Part shown: one piece after another, positions 15,620-25,447 of the stretch | How positions within the stretch are numbered: the first letter of the stretch is position 1 | Layout of the letters: the number at the start of each line of letters is the position of its first letter | DNA from: an uncultured Desulfobulbus sp. | GTDB taxonomy: Bacteria > Desulfobacterota > Desulfobulbia > Desulfobulbales > Desulfobulbaceae | Assembly (NCBI GenBank): GCA_964590715.1 | Contig: CAZPXI010000001.1 | Location: forward strand, 1 to 39,763 | DNA: 39,763 bases | Direction: 5' to 3' | The notes under the pieces: generated by a model | Told to the model about the DNA's origin: nothing | Seen by the model: the letters and a program-made list of their open reading frames with translations, nothing else | Databases searched by the model: none | Program-made: the position numbers and the translations under genes

Positions 15620-18309
15620 TGAGTTGCCGACATGATTGCAACAAGCCGGAGTCCTTTCCCAAGGACATTGTTAACAGACCGGCCCTGAGCAGTATTGATT
15701 ATCGTATCGGCACCTATTCGCGCATGCGGGCTCACATGCTTGAGTTGTTGAATTCGTCGACGGTTCTCTCGGCCTGGACACACAGGGGGGCTGATGACCC
15801 GGGGATTGCGCTCCTTGAAAGTGCGGCCATAGTCGGCGATATCCTCACCCATTACCAGAACCTTTATGCCAACGAAGCATTTCTTCGCACCGCCGGATGG
15901 CGGGAAAGCGTGTCCGAACTTGTCCAGCTACTTGGGTACCGGCCGGCTCCGGGTGTAGGCGGCGATGGTGTTTTTGCCGTGAAAGTCAAAGGGAAAAATC
16001 CTGTTACCATAGCCAAAGGATTTGGCTTCAAGGCCCAGCTTGCAGGCCGGGATGAAACAGCGGAGTTTGAAAGTACCGGGAAAGTGACCGCCTATCCGCA
16101 TTTGAGCGAATTTCATCTTTACTGCCCCCCGGACGGTGCTGCAACGATAAAGGCCGGCGGCAATACATTGGAACTGCTGGCAGTGGACGATGCCGTGGAC
16201 CTCAAATCCAGAACAGCATTCAAAATCAACAAGGGCGACCGGATACTGCTGGTTCCGGGATCCGACATGTTTGATATGCAGCATAAGCCGTACTCCACCC
16301 AGAACAAGGCCGAAATTTTGATTGTCTCTGAGGTGGAAACACTCCTTGACCGGGTGATTATCACCTTTGAAGGGGCGCTTACGGTCAATCGTTCGGTTTC
16401 GGTTGAAGCTTATGTTATTGGTCGAACATTCGGTCACTTCGGGCGCAATGCTCAGGCTAAGCTTAATATGTATGACGGGGTCTCTCTTAACCGGGATAAT
16501 ACAAATTTTTACCGAAGAATTTACAGCAGACACCCCGGATCAGCCTACTACTCTTCTTTGTCCAGTCTGGAGATGCCCCTGGACCGGGAGGTCGATGATC
16601 TTGCCATTGGCAACAGTCTGATCTGCCAGGGGGTTGCGAATTTCAAAATTGCTTCAGGAGACGGGACCAAAAGCAAGGTTTCCTTTACCGTGGTGAAAAG
16701 AATCAGGGAAACGCATGTTGACTCACTTCAGTGGGCAAATGTTGAGGGGACGACAACAGTTGTCACTTTGGATGAAAAACCGATGTTTAATGATGACATC
16801 TGGTTTGAAAAAGAGATGGATATCCGCCGGGCGCAGTTCCATGAAGTCATCAGTCCCAAACTCACCCTTGGCGCTGAATCGAGCTGGACGGACGGGGCAT
16901 TCAATAACGGCGACTTGCAGTTTTTCGGCACCTACCGGGAGGTGAAGGCATTATCAGGCCGTGATCTTTTACTGGTTGATTCAAAAAACGCAATAGTCCA
17001 GGCGGTGAAAGTCAATGATACTGCAGCGGATTTTGCTGCCGCTTTGACGGTGAACGGCCGGGACGGAATCAATAAGTGGATGTGGAATATTACCATTGAT
17101 CAGATACCGGATTTCGACCGCCGGGATTTTAACCGGCTTGAACCGCTGATCACTGTCTACGGCAATATTGTGGCCGCCGACCAGGGCAAAACCCAGCCCG
17201 AGGTGGTGTTGGGCAACGGCGATAACCGTAAGACCTTTCAGACATTTGCTATTCCCAAGGCTCCCTTGACCTATCTTCTTGATGAAACCAGAACCCCTGC
17301 CCGGGCAGCAGAGCTTAAGATTTATGTCGGCTCGGTTTTATGGCAGCAGGTGGAATCCTTTTTTGGTTGTAAACCGGATGACTGCGTGTATGTGGTGCGG
17401 GAAGATAACGACGGTAAAAGCTGGGTGCAGTTTGGTGACGGTAAAACAGGTGCCCGGCTGCCGTCGGGTACAAAGAATATATCCGCAACGTTTCGGATCG
17501 GTAGCGGTGCGGCCGGACCCCTTGAAACCGACGCCAAGCCCACGGCAGTCGGCAAGCTGAAAGTATTGGAAGAGGTCTTTATGCCTTGTCCGGCCGTGGG
17601 TGGTGATGAGCCGGAAAGTAAAGAAAACGCCCGTAAAGCCGCCCCCGGCAAGCTGCAAAGTCTTGGCCGTATGGTGGGGTTGGCTGATTTTGAAGCCGAG
17701 GCCATGGCTATTCCCGGGGTAATCAAGGTGCGGGCCGACTGGGCGGCGCCAAGCGGAGTGCCGCTTTTGCGGATCACGGTGCTGACCAGGACCGGCACCA
17801 TCGCCGCCCTGAACAAGGTGCGCGACACTTTGAAGACCTACAACCGATGCCGGGGACCGGCACGATTTCCCATCCTGATCGAACAGGGGTTTCGCCAGTA
17901 TATCTATGTGAACATCAGAGTGGGCTACGCGGCAGGCCGCAGGAAGGCGGACATGATAACGGCGATACGGGAAGCGCTGGGAGTGACCGATGAGAAAGGA
18001 ATCGGTCTTGAATCCGATCATGGCCTGTTCAGCCTGAAAATCCAGAGGTTCGGCCGCAGTATGCATGTCTCCCGGATTATCGGCACCGTGCAGCAGGTCG
18101 ACGGGGTGACCCGGGTTGAAGTTGATGATGCCCGGCCGCTTGACCTTGGTGACCCTGTTGAGACCGATCCCGGCCTGATCGCCAAGCCGGTCGTGGCCTC
18201 CGCGAATACGGTGATCGGCTGCATGCCGACCGGAATTCTTACCCTGTACTCCGGTCATTTTGATTTGGGCCTGACCATGGACGACACAAAAAAGGAGTGT
18301 GAGGCATGA
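15619..18309 (+). CDS. Baseplate J / gp6-like protein, paralogue 2
   Basis: NRPALSSIDYRIGTYSRMRAHMLE, DDPGIALLESAAIVGDILTHYQNLYANEAFLRTA, FRIGSGAAGP, GGDEPESKENARKAAP and GLADFEAEAMAIPGV parallel the motifs of the preceding gene. ATG overlaps the upstream TAA (TAATG). Confidence 0.85.
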   Translation: MSCRHDCNKPESFPKDIVNRPALSSIDYRIGTYSRMRAHMLELLNSSTVLSAWTHRGADDPGIALLESAAIVGDILTHYQNLYANEAFLRTAGWRESVSELVQLLGYRPAPGVGGDGVFAVKVKGKNPVTIAKGFGFKAQLAGRDETAEFESTGKVTAYPHLSEFHLYCPPDGAATIKAGGNTLELLAVDDAVDLKSRTAFKINKGDRILLVPGSDMFDMQHKPYSTQNKAEILIVSEVETLLDRVIITFEGALTVNRSVSVEAYVIGRTFGHFGRNAQAKLNMYDGVSLNRDNTNFYRRIYSRHPGSAYYSSLSSLEMPLDREVDDLAIGNSLICQGVANFKIASGDGTKSKVSFTVVKRIRETHVDSLQWANVEGTTTVVTLDEKPMFNDDIWFEKEMDIRRAQFHEVISPKLTLGAESSWTDGAFNNGDLQFFGTYREVKALSGRDLLLVDSKNAIVQAVKVNDTAADFAAALTVNGRDGINKWMWNITIDQIPDFDRRDFNRLEPLITVYGNIVAADQGKTQPEVVLGNGDNRKTFQTFAIPKAPLTYLLDETRTPARAAELKIYVGSVLWQQVESFFGCKPDDCVYVVREDNDGKSWVQFGDGKTGARLPSGTKNISATFRIGSGAAGPLETDAKPTAVGKLKVLEEVFMPCPAVGGDEPESKENARKAAPGKLQSLGRMVGLADFEAEAMAIPGVIKVRADWAAPSGVPLLRITVLTRTGTIAALNKVRDTLKTYNRCRGPARFPILIEQGFRQYIYVNIRVGYAAGRRKADMITAIREALGVTDEKGIGLESDHGLFSLKIQRFGRSMHVSRIIGTVQQVDGVTRVEVDDARPLDLGDPVETDPGLIAKPVVASANTVIGCMPTGILTLYSGHFDLGLTMDDTKKECEA

Positions 18310-18352
18310 TGGATGCACACTTTATGTTCTCGGCGAGGGAGGTACCCGGACA

Positions 18353-20659
18353 ATGACCACTCGACGCCGGTCCTTATATAATCGACTGCCGGAGATCTAC
18401 CATATCCGTGATCTGGAACAGGAACCGCCCGGTCAGTTGCAGGCCTATCTTGACGTGCTGGATTCGGTACAGGCCGAAATTCGGGATAATATAGAAGCGT
18501 TGTATCATGATTTTTTTATCGAAACCTGCGATGACTGGGTGATACCCTATTTAGCGGATCTGCTGGGCACAACCCATCTTAGCGGTGATCCCTGGACCTT
18601 GCGGGCCGATGTGGCGCGGACAGTGCATCATCGTCGCCGCAAAGGAACACTTGGCGCCATTGAGTCATTGACCTATGGTTTAAGCGGCTGGGCTGTGCAC
18701 ACTGTTGAACTTCGGGAACGGGTGGTATGGAATCAGCATCTGAACCATCAACGACCGGACTGCGGGGGACTGCCCCCCATACCGCGTGTCCTGGGAAATA
18801 ATCGGAATATCAGCGGGGCGGTACACGGCGGCACTGTAACCCTGCGAGACCCGGCCTTACTAGGTTTTATCAACGGTCCCTTTGACCCGTTTGCCCATGT
18901 GGTGGATCTGAAACCGCCGCAGACAGGTGCCGCTTGCTACAATATCCCCAACCTGGCAATCTATCTCTGGCGCTTAAAAGATTACACCGTGCCGGTGACC
19001 AGACCGTTTGCAGTTGGTGATATCCAGGATCTTTCGGCCGGTTCCGGACCGGATGAGGCCGCTTATGCCTTGCGCTATGAAGTGCACCCCCTGGGTGAAC
19101 CCATGGTACTGTTTAACAGCCATCGCTTTCATGCCGACGATGAACCGCCGGATCTGACCCGACCGGATGCAGTACCGGGCCCCATGCCCATGGCCCGGTT
19201 ATGCAGCGAAGCGCCGACCGGCAACCCGCAAGAGTATGTGGGCATTGATTTTTATACTGAGCCATGGCCACAAGAGCCTGGACATGAGCGTCCCGGTTTG
19301 ACACTGCACATGCCGGAGATCCCTTTCAGCGGCCTTGACTGGAAATATCGCGGCGCAAATCTCTGTGCCTGGGAAGAGGGGCTTTTTCCGCCTCTTGGAG
19401 AACATGAAATAGTTATTGATCCGGATCATGGCCGTTTATTGATCGGAGTAGGTGGTGCTGATCAGAGTGTTGAAGCCGATCCGCTGGCCGTCGGCCTGTA
19501 TGTGTCGGTCACCCATGGTTTTTCCGGTTCTACACTTGGCTCAACCGGTGCTCAGCCGATACCCCGGGCTGATGCACCGCCCGGTACTCTGGAAGTAAAC
19601 TACCATACAGACCCCAGCGGACTCCGGAATCGGCTGAACAACCTGCCCGGCAATGCCGGTGGACCGGTCATAATAGAGATTCAGGACAGCATGGTCCATG
19701 AACTGGACATTGCTCCCCTGGCACTGCACCGATCCCTGTGGATCAGAGCCGCTTCCGGGCAGCGGCCGATAATCAAGCTCAAACAATCGCTGGAGTTCTA
19801 TCCCGGCGATGTGACCGGGCCTGATGCCGAGGCCCTGATGAACAGCCTCAATGTCAGGCTGGAGGGGCTCTATATCACCTGGGACAAGGATTCCCCATAC
19901 TTTGCTGCAGGTGAAACTCCGCTGATTGTCCGGGCTGCGCTGAACGAGTTGATCATTGACAACTGTACGCTTGATCCTGGAAGCCATGAAGCCATTGACG
20001 GCGGCAGGCAACCGGCCCGCCGCGCCATACAGCTTGACAACACCTATGGTTTTACGCCGGATTCCTCCGAAGAGGAGGCCTTTAATCAGATTCCACGAAT
20101 CATCGTCAGGCGATCTATCTGCGGTCCTTTGGCCATTGATGACGGTTATGCACTTCAGCTGGCCGACTCCATAGTGGATGCGGCAAGTGGCCCGGGTGAT
20201 ACGGCCCCGGAACTTGCGATTCGTGCTGTTCATGACCCTGAAAACAGGTGGGGGCCGTCCTTGATCGTAAGCGGCATGACCTGTTTCGGCAGGATGCGGG
20301 TGGAAAGCGCCACCGGCCAGGGCGGTATCTGGCTCCATCGTCTTGAAGTGCACGATAACCAGCAGGGTTGCATTAAATTCAGTTATTTTTCAGGTGTCGG
20401 CGACCGGCTGCCCCGGCACCATGCCTGTGTATTGGGCACTGATGTCCGGATAAGCATGGCAAGCGATATCTTCGGCCGGGCAGGCTACGGCCGGCTGCGG
20501 CTGCGCAGTCATCGTAAAATCCTTGAGCAGGGGCCAAACAATGATGCAATGGGTGCCTTCGGCTATCTGCTGGATACGCATAAATGGAAAAATATAAATA
20601 TCCGATATCGGGAATTTATGCCGGTGGGGATACAACCGATTCTGATACCCGTTACTTAA
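18353..20659 (+). CDS. P2 gpI-like / TIGR02242-type phage tail (baseplate periphery, Afp12-like) protein
   Basis: SLYNRLPEIYHIRDLEQEPPGQLQAYLDVLDSVQAEIRDNIEALYHDFFIETCDDWVIPYLADLLG matches the conserved N-terminus of gpI-type tail proteins. ATG 18353 with an upstream GGGAGG is preferred over the track GTG 18299. Confidence 0.8.
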   Translation: MTTRRRSLYNRLPEIYHIRDLEQEPPGQLQAYLDVLDSVQAEIRDNIEALYHDFFIETCDDWVIPYLADLLGTTHLSGDPWTLRADVARTVHHRRRKGTLGAIESLTYGLSGWAVHTVELRERVVWNQHLNHQRPDCGGLPPIPRVLGNNRNISGAVHGGTVTLRDPALLGFINGPFDPFAHVVDLKPPQTGAACYNIPNLAIYLWRLKDYTVPVTRPFAVGDIQDLSAGSGPDEAAYALRYEVHPLGEPMVLFNSHRFHADDEPPDLTRPDAVPGPMPMARLCSEAPTGNPQEYVGIDFYTEPWPQEPGHERPGLTLHMPEIPFSGLDWKYRGANLCAWEEGLFPPLGEHEIVIDPDHGRLLIGVGGADQSVEADPLAVGLYVSVTHGFSGSTLGSTGAQPIPRADAPPGTLEVNYHTDPSGLRNRLNNLPGNAGGPVIIEIQDSMVHELDIAPLALHRSLWIRAASGQRPIIKLKQSLEFYPGDVTGPDAEALMNSLNVRLEGLYITWDKDSPYFAAGETPLIVRAALNELIIDNCTLDPGSHEAIDGGRQPARRAIQLDNTYGFTPDSSEEEAFNQIPRIIVRRSICGPLAIDDGYALQLADSIVDAASGPGDTAPELAIRAVHDPENRWGPSLIVSGMTCFGRMRVESATGQGGIWLHRLEVHDNQQGCIKFSYFSGVGDRLPRHHACVLGTDVRISMASDIFGRAGYGRLRLRSHRKILEQGPNNDAMGAFGYLLDTHKWKNINIRYREFMPVGIQPILIPVT

Positions 20660-20674
20660 AAAAAGGAATGAATC

Positions 20675-23600
20675 ATGAAAGGTGATTTTTCAAAACTTGA
20701 TTTTCATCCGTCGGCCAACTTCACAGGCGTACTGCATCAACAGGGGCGGGCCTTACTGGATCAGGATTGGAATGCATCATCAACAATCAACCGCTTCCGG
20801 CGTCAATTACAGGGTCGTGATGCAATCGGCTCCCATGTGGCGGCGGTTCCGGCTGAGTTGCGCGATAGCCTTAGGGTGACCGGGGCCGCTGTTAACGGCT
20901 CTGATATTGATATTACCTTGGAACCCGGCCGGGTGTGGGTAGACGGCATGGCATTGCTGGTTCCAGGAGAATCTTCTTCTACCAGACCGGCAACCTATTT
21001 TACGGCGCCGGTCCAGACCACGCCAGCGGCCCCGGCCACCGGCAAAGATGCGATAATTCTTGAGATCCGCCAGGAGGCCTTTAACGGCTTTCAGGATCCG
21101 CAGAGTTTGATTGAACCGGCCCTGGGCGGCGTGGATACAACGGAACGGATCAGGCTTTGTCATACTCTGCGCCTGCTCCGGCTTACTGAGGGTGACGAAT
21201 GCTCGAACCTGATCGACAAGCTCGCGGATGATTTTAACGCCAAGGGTAAACTGACCGTGACTCCGGCCGATACCCTGGCTATAAGCGGTGACTGCCCTGT
21301 GGCACTGGGCGGAGGCTACACCGGCTTTGAGCATTACCTGTACCGGATTGAAAATGTATCACCTGATACGGCAGGCAATGCCCGTTTTAAATGGTCACGG
21401 TTTAACGGCGGACTGGTTGGGCGGGGTACTTATGATTCGCTCGCATCCGAGGTCGATATACTGGCCAATGACCAGATGATCAACCATTGCGGACTGTCGA
21501 GTTTTTATCTCGAAGCCTTGCAGCCGGATACCGATGGCGGGCCCTGGGAGATTGTCTTTACGGCCGATGCCACCCTGGCGGCCGACGGCCGGCTCTCACT
21601 CACCAATACCAACGGAACCTGGCCGGTTGCAGGCGGCGGGAATGCATTTTTCAGGTTGTGGGACGGTATCGGACTGATCACCGATTACCTTTCGGCAACC
21701 GAGTTGGAAAATGGGCTTCTGCTCGAATTTGACCCTCCGGCTGCTGATAACGGCAACTACACTCCGGGCGATTACTGGACGTTTCCAGTCCGAACCGCAG
21801 GCTATGAGTTCGATCCGGCTCCCTGGCCGAACAATGCGCCGCCTGAAGGTGTGCATTATCACCGGGTGCCCCTGGCTATTCTCAATTGGCAAGACGCCTC
21901 AGGCACCACCCTTACCGCACCTCAGGATATTTTCGACTGTCGACACGTTTTTCAGCCCCTGGCCCGGTTGAAGGGTTGCTGCTCCTACACCGTTGGTGAC
22001 GGCATGCAGAGTCATGGCGATTTTTCCACCATCCAGGAGGCGATCGATCATCTGCCTGAAGCAGGTGGGGAGATCTGCCTGCTCCCGGGCATCTATCCGG
22101 AAAATATCATTATTGAAAGTAGACATGATGTCACTATCAAAGGATGTGGGCTAAACAGCGAGATTATTAGCGATCCGGCAGCCGCTTCCGGCACCGTACC
22201 GGTGGTCTCCATCCTGGGATCCCGGACTATAACAATATCTCATGTAAAGGTGTCGGCCGCATTGGACCGGATCGGTATTCTGGTTGACGATGATGCACAG
22301 GGCAACGAATCAAAAGAGGTGAAGTTGACCGGTCTGGAAGTCGGTGCCGCCACCCGGAGTGGCATTGAGGTCCGTACCTGCCTGGGCTTTGAGTTGACCG
22401 ACAGCAGGGTGGAAATGCGGGATGAGTCCAGTCCCTGGGCCGGTGTTTTTGTAACCTGCATTGATGGTTTACTTGAACGCAACACCATTACCGTTGAAAA
22501 TTTCGGAGCGACTGATCCCGAGACCGGTGAAACCTTACCGGTTGCAGCCGGCCGGGGCGGGATCCAGCTCGGCGGCACTTCGGATAATGTGAAAATTATC
22601 AATAATCTTATCCAGGGCGGCATCGGCAACGGCATCACACTCGGCAGCCTTGTGGAAGTCAATGCGTTGAACCTGGAACTCATCGGTGTTGTCGGCTGGG
22701 TGGTCAATGCCCATGATCCCTGTGATCCCTGCGCACCGGGTGATGTTTATCTGCCGCCTGTTGAAGATGGTGATGAGGGGCCGACATATGAATCGGCAGG
22801 CACCATGTACGATGTCCGCATCGAGCGAAATCGTATTCTGGATATGGGGTTGAACGGTATCGGTGTAGTTGCCTTTTTTAATCTGGAGCGAGAAGATGAG
22901 CTGGTCTCTGTAAATGGGATCAAAATCCTGGGCAATACCATACAGGGATGTTTGTCCCGTGAGCTCGGCCTGATTCCCGATGAGATGAAAAACAGCATGG
23001 GGTACGGGGGGATAGCCCTTGCCGATGTTGATGATCTGGTCGTGTATGACAACAGCATTGAAGACAATGGCCCCGACTATTTACAACCGGTCTGCGGCAT
23101 CTTTGTGCTCCATGCCGAAGGTGTGGATATCTCTCGAAACCGCATCGTCAATAACGGTGCCAAGACTCAAAACTCAGCCAATGGTGCCAAGCCCGGCCCA
23201 CGGGGCGGTATTTATATCGTATTTGCGACCGCCCCTAAAATCGACGTGAAGATTCTGGGTAAATGGTACCCGAGACAGAACGGCGTCACCGCCGTTAAAG
23301 CCCATGACAACGTGGTCAGTCAACCCCTGGGCAGAGCGGTATCCATTACAACCCTTGGCCCGGTATCGGTCGTCGGCAACCAATTGACCAGTCAAGGCAT
23401 GGTGTTCAGAATCGACGCCCCTTCATTTTACGCATCAACGGTGTATATTTTTAACCTGGGGATTTCCAATGAGTTGTATCTGCAGCATTTACTGTTCAGC
23501 GGCGAAACGCTGAAGGATGTGCCGCCGACCGCTGCCGCTTTTGAAGATACCGATTTTATTGTTCCACCACGCCGGGGCCTGGACGATCTGCATTTGTTTT

Positions 23601-24097
23601 CCTATGTGGGCAACGGAAATGTACTGTTTAACGATAATCAGGTGCTGCTGGATCTCATCGATACAACCGGATTTAAGTTGTCTCTGGCTTCAGTGGTTAT
23701 CGTAACCCTGGATGATGTCGCCTTTGAAGACAATCAATGTGATGCCGCCTTTGACTTTGTACTGGATGATTTTATTCTGGCCAATGCCGTTGTCATTGGC
23801 TGGACTGTAAGAATATCGGGTAATCGCCTTAAAGAGGCTATAGCCGGGGCCTTGTTTTCAGCGTTGACGCTCTCCCTGTTTGCCAATACTACAGTGCTTA
23901 ATCAAGGTACCCACTGTATTCGCGCCTTCAACCTGTTTGGTTCATCCAACCTGCAGAAATCGCCCAATACCATTTTATTTGATGTATTTGGTCTGTGCAG
24001 ACAGGACAACGATCCCAAATATTTATATGGCGTAGAACATATGGAATCGGCAGCGGCCAATACAAATACGCAACAGATACTTGCTCTGTTGCAATAA
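20675..24097 (+). CDS. Large right-handed beta-helix protein, candidate tail fibre or receptor-binding protein
   Basis: 1140 aa. Repeated parallel-beta-helix units are visible (NNLIQGGIGNGITLG, RNRILDMGLNGIGV, GNTIQGC, DNSIEDNGPDY, RNRIVNNGAK, HDNVVSQPLG). The N-terminus MKGDFSKLDFHPSANFTGVLHQQGRALLDQDWN resembles, from memory, DUF6519-type proteins encoded next to CIS baseplates. Confidence 0.75.
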   Translation: MKGDFSKLDFHPSANFTGVLHQQGRALLDQDWNASSTINRFRRQLQGRDAIGSHVAAVPAELRDSLRVTGAAVNGSDIDITLEPGRVWVDGMALLVPGESSSTRPATYFTAPVQTTPAAPATGKDAIILEIRQEAFNGFQDPQSLIEPALGGVDTTERIRLCHTLRLLRLTEGDECSNLIDKLADDFNAKGKLTVTPADTLAISGDCPVALGGGYTGFEHYLYRIENVSPDTAGNARFKWSRFNGGLVGRGTYDSLASEVDILANDQMINHCGLSSFYLEALQPDTDGGPWEIVFTADATLAADGRLSLTNTNGTWPVAGGGNAFFRLWDGIGLITDYLSATELENGLLLEFDPPAADNGNYTPGDYWTFPVRTAGYEFDPAPWPNNAPPEGVHYHRVPLAILNWQDASGTTLTAPQDIFDCRHVFQPLARLKGCCSYTVGDGMQSHGDFSTIQEAIDHLPEAGGEICLLPGIYPENIIIESRHDVTIKGCGLNSEIISDPAAASGTVPVVSILGSRTITISHVKVSAALDRIGILVDDDAQGNESKEVKLTGLEVGAATRSGIEVRTCLGFELTDSRVEMRDESSPWAGVFVTCIDGLLERNTITVENFGATDPETGETLPVAAGRGGIQLGGTSDNVKIINNLIQGGIGNGITLGSLVEVNALNLELIGVVGWVVNAHDPCDPCAPGDVYLPPVEDGDEGPTYESAGTMYDVRIERNRILDMGLNGIGVVAFFNLEREDELVSVNGIKILGNTIQGCLSRELGLIPDEMKNSMGYGGIALADVDDLVVYDNSIEDNGPDYLQPVCGIFVLHAEGVDISRNRIVNNGAKTQNSANGAKPGPRGGIYIVFATAPKIDVKILGKWYPRQNGVTAVKAHDNVVSQPLGRAVSITTLGPVSVVGNQLTSQGMVFRIDAPSFYASTVYIFNLGISNELYLQHLLFSGETLKDVPPTAAAFEDTDFIVPPRRGLDDLHLFSYVGNGNVLFNDNQVLLDLIDTTGFKLSLASVVIVTLDDVAFEDNQCDAAFDFVLDDFILANAVVIGWTVRISGNRLKEAIAGALFSALTLSLFANTTVLNQGTHCIRAFNLFGSSNLQKSPNTILFDVFGLCRQDNDPKYLYGVEHMESAAANTNTQQILALLQ

Positions 24098-24119
24098 TTA
24101 AAATCAAGGAGTGGCGGAC

Positions 24120-25049
24120 ATGGCACTGCGACAAAATCAACGTAAAGTCTCTCAGCTCGAGGTCTTTCAAACCTTTCGCGATGGTTATCGGGCAAATGAT
24201 GCCGTACGCATTGAGGGATTGCAATCGCTTCTGGCCATTCGTAAGAAGAAAGCCAGACTGCAGGAACGTGACAGGCAGAGAGTTGAACAGCGATATGGTA
24301 AAAACAGCCAACAGCTGAAAAGGGTCGAGAGTAAACAAAACGGCAATCTCGGTTTTATCAGTGGGCTGGGAATGGAGCTGAACAGGGCCAAAACCAGACC
24401 TGAAAAGGTGGAGGCGGAAGATTGGGTTGTAAAAGGACGGGTTTACGACCGGTTGGGAGAACCTCTGGCTAATGCCAGGGTTGTACTCTACGGCATGAAC
24501 GGCAGTAAAGTGCCCAAAGTATCTGCTGCCACGACGGATATTAACGGTAACTATCGTTTGATATTTAAGGGCAGGGCAAAAGATGTTGAGGAGGTTGCAA
24601 GCGATCAGGAACTGTTCAGGCTTCTCGGAGGGATGCGGATCAAAGGGTCGGAAAAAGAAGGGATGGGGGAGCGGATTAGGACAAACATCAATATTCGAAG
24701 CAAGGCCGGGGTGTTTGTTCGGGCTTCTTTCGGCAAGCGGAAACCGGTTACCGCTGATTCCATTCCAATGGTGGCGCGTCCGGGTGTGAGCCATTATCGT
24801 GATCTCATTCTCAACTTTGATCAATATGAGGCTCTTAAACCGACTGAAAATAATCCGGTTCATCCAACTCGCTTCCTGGGCAATTCCGCGACCCGTGAGC
24901 TTCATGACCTGGAGAATGAGAAAAATGGCTGCCGGATCCGGATGATGCGTTTTGATCATCGGATTAATTTCAAAACTATCCAGTCGGCACAGGAGGCCGG
25001 TTACGATTTTTGTGCCTACTGTTTCGGCAGGGATAAATCAAAACGATGA
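24120..25049 (+). CDS. Hypothetical protein: coiled coil + carboxypeptidase-regulatory-like beta-sandwich + Ada-like Zn-binding C-terminus
   Basis: AAGGAG lies 8 nt before ATG 24120. Contains KGRVYDRLGEPLANARVVLYGMNGSKV, TTDINGNYRL (CarboxypepD_reg-like). The C-terminal FLGNSATRELHDLENEKNGC, EAGYDFCAYC has an H/C...CxxC arrangement. Confidence 0.6.
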   Translation: MALRQNQRKVSQLEVFQTFRDGYRANDAVRIEGLQSLLAIRKKKARLQERDRQRVEQRYGKNSQQLKRVESKQNGNLGFISGLGMELNRAKTRPEKVEAEDWVVKGRVYDRLGEPLANARVVLYGMNGSKVPKVSAATTDINGNYRLIFKGRAKDVEEVASDQELFRLLGGMRIKGSEKEGMGERIRTNINIRSKAGVFVRASFGKRKPVTADSIPMVARPGVSHYRDLILNFDQYEALKPTENNPVHPTRFLGNSATRELHDLENEKNGCRIRMMRFDHRINFKTIQSAQEAGYDFCAYCFGRDKSKR

Positions 25050-25105
25050 CCGGGCAGTAAGTAAAAACTATTCATCTCGTTTTAGAAAATATTGAGTGGA
25101 ATCAG

Positions 25106-25408
25106 ATGCGATCAGTAGCCAAAAAAATATCCTTGAACGATCAATCCTGCCAAAAGCATGCTGCTGCCCGCCTTGCATCCAGGGTTCCTTCCGTAACTCC
25201 TCTTGGTTCACCCGTCAGTGGTGACTTTATTCAACAAAAGTCCAGCTGTGCCTGCGGCGGCGGATGCCCGCGATGTCAAGATGGCCTTCCCTTTCAGGCC
25301 AAACTCAGGATCGGAACCCCAGACGATAAATATGAACAGGAAGCCGACCGGGTTGCGGGGCAGGTTATGCGAATGCCTGATCCTGCGATTCGGCGGAAAC
25401 CCGGCTGA
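25106..25408 (+). CDS. N-terminal leader fragment of a DUF4157 protein, ending at an in-frame TGA
   Basis: QQKSSCACGGGCPRCQ and GTPDDKYEQEADRVAGQVMRMPDP are the usual N-terminal elements of DUF4157 proteins. It is in the same reading frame as 25448-27370, separated only by TGA 25406-25408 plus 13 sense codons. Confidence 0.6.
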   Translation: MRSVAKKISLNDQSCQKHAAARLASRVPSVTPLGSPVSGDFIQQKSSCACGGGCPRCQDGLPFQAKLRIGTPDDKYEQEADRVAGQVMRMPDPAIRRKPG

Positions 25409-25447
25409 CCCTTTGCCGATGGTCCCTCGTGCAGGGATGAGTCGGAA

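Noticed and set aside
13415-20353. Several long minus-strand ORFs: 13415-14020, 14132-14545, 14975-15616, 15928-16533, 17338-18318 and 19541-20353.
   Set aside because: All lie antisense inside baseplate genes that carry clear family motifs on the plus strand. They are typical shadow ORFs of moderately GC-rich coding sequence.
23928-24959. 343-aa minus-strand ORF competing with the plus-strand ORF 24120-25049.
   Set aside because: The plus-strand ORF has an AAGGAG RBS, is co-directional with the operon and contains recognisable domain patterns. The minus-strand product has no motifs and would converge on the operon.
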